Both the position numbers and the translations under genes were made by a program. Source: Pocillopora damicornis (Eukaryota). From it: a stretch of 64,000 nt of DNA. This document shows positions 60,634 through 64,000 of this stretch, in pieces (position 1 is the stretch's first letter; the number at the start of each line of letters is the position of its first letter). The notes below the pieces were generated by a model. It was not told the origin of the DNA, searched no databases, and worked only from the letters and a program-made list of their open reading frames with translations. The stretch is from assembly GCF_003704095.1 (NCBI RefSeq), contig NW_020846987.1:1-64000 (forward strand). The letters are read 5' to 3'.

Positions 60634-61851
60634 ACACCAAAACTCCAGTTCATGGAATTCAAATGATTCCAAAATGAGATCTGATTTTCAAGTGTAATTC
60701 TCCCAATTGCCTGCCTTGCTCCTTAATTTGTGTGGATTTTACATGAATGTCAGAGAAAGTTGAAATCTGTTGGAATTTTGTTTGACACTCTTTACTACAG
60801 CATTGGTAGCAGTCGTTGGTTTTCTTTTTATGGAAATGGCTTCACTGAAGAGGTACTGAGTTGAAGACCCAGCCATGGTGTGAAATTTTCCTTGAAAGCT
60901 TCTTTGTCTCAACTGCTGTGGTTTAAGCTCTATGAGGTGTTTCCTATGAAGCTTGGCCATTCCCTTCAGAACAGAACATTAAATAATTATAATTTTGAGG
61001 ACATGTAATAAGGGTTCTTTGTCTGTGAATGACACTTGTTTAAAATGATTGCAGTAATGAAGTAGATAGCATTTTGCAGAGGTTGGTTTTTGAAAATTGA
61101 TGTTATTTATAGATTTTCTTGACAGTGCAGAATTGTTCATGCAGATTTCATCTACTATGTCTGTTGAAACTACAGATATTAAAGGTTTCATTTGGGTTGG
61201 TTGAATGAGGAAAAGTGTTAAAACCTTTTTGTCAGGTTTGTGGGTATTTTGCAGAGATGAATTCTCGTTATGTAGTCTGTTCTCTGAAGGAGTGTGTCCA
61301 CTGTTGATAAATCTGTTAATATTGAAATTTGTGATGGCTGTAGTTTGCACCTGGAGTCCCAAGATCACAAGTTTGCTGAATGGGATCAGTTTCATCATGT
61401 GTTAAAATGAAATAAGCTGTTTAACTGTAATACACATTTGGGAAGTGGGATGGTAGGGTAACTGTCAACAAGACTGAACTAGAGCAATGGTATTTAATCC
61501 AAACTTTTTCTTTGTGTTCCTCAGAAGGCAGGCTTTGTTGTTTGTTGTGGTGATATTCTGCAAGTTTTGTGTCTGATCTTCGAAGTTGAAATCTAACTAA
61601 CTCAGCAAATTTACTTGTTTGCCTCTTTGAAAATAAACTTGCTTAAGTTGATGGGAGCACTAAAAATTTTTAGGTTTTGTTTGGTTTTTCGGAAATTAGT
61701 AATCTATGTCATTTAAAATAACTATTGTGATATGATCTGTATGAGACTGAATTTACACTCGCTGTATAAAGGTTCAATAAGCCAAACGTGTATATTAGAG
61801 AGAGAGACGTAATCTGTACCTGCTTTTCAGCAATACTCAGTTGTATCGCAA

Positions 61852-61939
61852 GAGCTGTAGGTCTTTCGGCCAGCAATCTCACCCAGCCGTCGAAGGTGTG
61901 AGTACGAAGTTAGTGCGCTGGCCGAAACGATCACGGCTC
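61852..61939. repeat. Short inverted-repeat hairpin downstream of RTN
   Basis: GAGCTGTAGGTCTTTCGGCCAGC pairs imperfectly with GCTGGCCGAAACGATCACGGCTC. Confidence 0.55.
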
Positions 61940-63319
61940 ACGGAACGCTATTCGTAGATTGAGACCTTGTAAGTTGCCATATATGCAGTAATAAAAAAAA
62001 AGTCGAACATCGCAACTATTTTATTGAAGTATTTTGGTTTAACAGACATATCAAGTCAACTTGACTTTGTCCAATAAGCAAGTAAATAATGTACGTTGCG
62101 GTTTGAGAGAGAGAGTGAGCGGAAAGGCATGACTGTGTCTTTTTTGGTCTTGAAGGTTATTTGCTATCAAACAAATTATGATTTTCGTGTCTAAAGCAGA
62201 GGGTGCGAAATTAGGAATTAGCCTCTTGTTCTGATTGTTTGTTGAACCTTAATAAAACAAACCTGTATCCGCACATCACTGAGAGTGGCTTTGGATAATC
62301 TCAGATGTGAGATGTTAGTATCTTTTTAACTTCCTGTGAGTGAACATCCTCTAGAAAATCTCGGAGGCCTTTGAATTATATTTAAACTTGAGCAAGTTTC
62401 ACATCGCTTTTCGTCACAACGTCGTCTCATTATTGGGGTGTCCTATTCAAGTTTCCGTTTGGTTGTCAAGCATATGTTGCATATCGATCCAAATGTTCAA
62501 TGTTAGCTCTGGAAGCGGCCAATTGATATCAGTCATAGTTGTTGTTTACTGGTAGCTTTCCTAGGGCTTGGAGGTCCCTCCCAGCCTGGCTAATAGGTAG
62601 TTCTACCTACGAAAGTTCTCCAAAGGCCATTGAAGAAAGAGTAAACGGCACGGCCAATATAAAGAAGCAATGTCAAATTTATTGCAGGGTTGGTAACCAT
62701 TTTTACAACGACGCGAAGATATTTGTGGAGATGAAAACCATTTTAATCCGTATTTGGTGTAGAAAATTTGACCTATTCTCTAAACTGCGTTATTATTCCT
62801 AAGACATATCATTGCTACATACAAATATCAATCTGTCAGATTATCCCATAAAATAAGAAATGTCCTCCTCGAATTCTCAAATGAAAATCATTCCTACGTC
62901 TTTCTCAGTTACCATCATTCCCTTCACTTGCACTTGTGACATTCTGTACTAGAAATGCGTGAGCTAACAGCGCTCAATGAAGCTTAAAAGAATGTTCTAT
63001 TTTCAGGTAAGGGAATACCCCTGGCGGTAATAAGTTCTCAGAGTAGTTTCGAATTCCTTTGCCGCAAATTATTTAGACTTCGTCAATGTTAGATAGCATG
63101 GTTATCGCACAATATGTCATTTCAAATCGGTGTAATACTTCACAAAACATTAGTAACAGTCAAATTTGCGACTCTCCATTGCAGGCTTTTCTAGACGAAA
63201 CGAGAGTAAACCACTCTAGATGTATAGAGTCGCAGCCTTAACCGTGACTGCGAGCTGTTTATAGAACTGGATGGTCTACTTGCTGTCTTGCTCGTAAACC
63301 ATTATTTTTGTCTATAGAG

Positions 63320-63890
63320 CGTATTTCTGTGACGTCAGATTCCTATTATTACATTTGCTCTGACGTTATTGAGAAGAGGGACTTACGTCATCAGTGTCAA
63401 CCTAACCAAATTCGTTACGGCAAATCGCGGAAGTTCATTGAAAAAGCAAGAAATGAGAAAAGGGGCTTTTTAGGAAAAATACTTTAAAGCAAATTTCTTG
63501 AACTATCGAATTTCTTTACCCACGAAATTGCGTGCACATAAAACTTGCAGTTTGATTGTTATATTGTACTCTGTATTGAGCAGTCTTTCTTGTGTCATAA
63601 AAGATTGAAAGATCTCACATTCCATTTTTGTTGCAAATGATGAACAATTGCAGGTTGGCGAGCTTATAGTCTTTCATTTCATTTGCTATATTAGGCGTTA
63701 TTACACTGGACGTACGTTTATCAGTTCAACTATTTATTTCCGTTTCTTTGCTTGTTTGCTTTTGTGTATTATGATCATACAATTTTACCCTTCAAACAAT
63801 ACCGGAAGTTAAAATTACCGGAAATACGTTCCTCTCTTTTTTTTTTCTGCCGGGCAATATGTAGCTGTCACGTGACAATGTTGTCGCCCA
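63320..63890. promoter_or_regulatory. Promoter-like motif cluster, probably for a gene beyond the window
   Basis: CRE TGACGTCA (63330-63337), ETS ACCGGAAGT (63801) and ACCGGAAAT, palindromic E-box TGTCACGTGACA (63866-63877). Confidence 0.4.
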
Positions 63891-64000
63891 TATTGTTAGG
63901 GAAATATTTCTAGTAGAGACAGTAGCGAGTAATAACTCTTTGGTCAGCGAAATTTATCGCCTTTTGGGTTGTGTGTGATTGATGTTTAGAGAATATTCTT

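Overview
This is eukaryotic (metazoan) genomic DNA from a gappy scaffold; gene style and repeats suggest a stony coral or other anthozoan (inference). Gene order: an intronless CHST1/CHST3-type carbohydrate sulfotransferase (-), SNW1/SKIP (+; 16 exons visible, terminal exon lost in a gap), a ~38-kb amplified array of tyrosinase/TYRP-family genes, then a reticulon gene (+, 9 coding exons). The array holds at least 5 distinct tyrosinase copies in 7 pieces. Main observations: (1) every visible last exon ends in a GPI-anchor-like signal instead of a TM helix plus cytosolic tail; (2) the array keeps its own breakpoints, including an RTN intron 1 to SNW1 exon 16 fusion, which suggests head-to-tail amplification of a SNW1(3')-TYR-RTN(5') segment followed by deletions, one of which removed a whole gene; (3) SNW1 has a U12-type intron bounded by an 8-nt direct repeat; (4) the sulfotransferase has lost both key PAPS-binding residues. 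Contig order and orientation across the 100-N gaps are uncertain, and some copies may be alleles.
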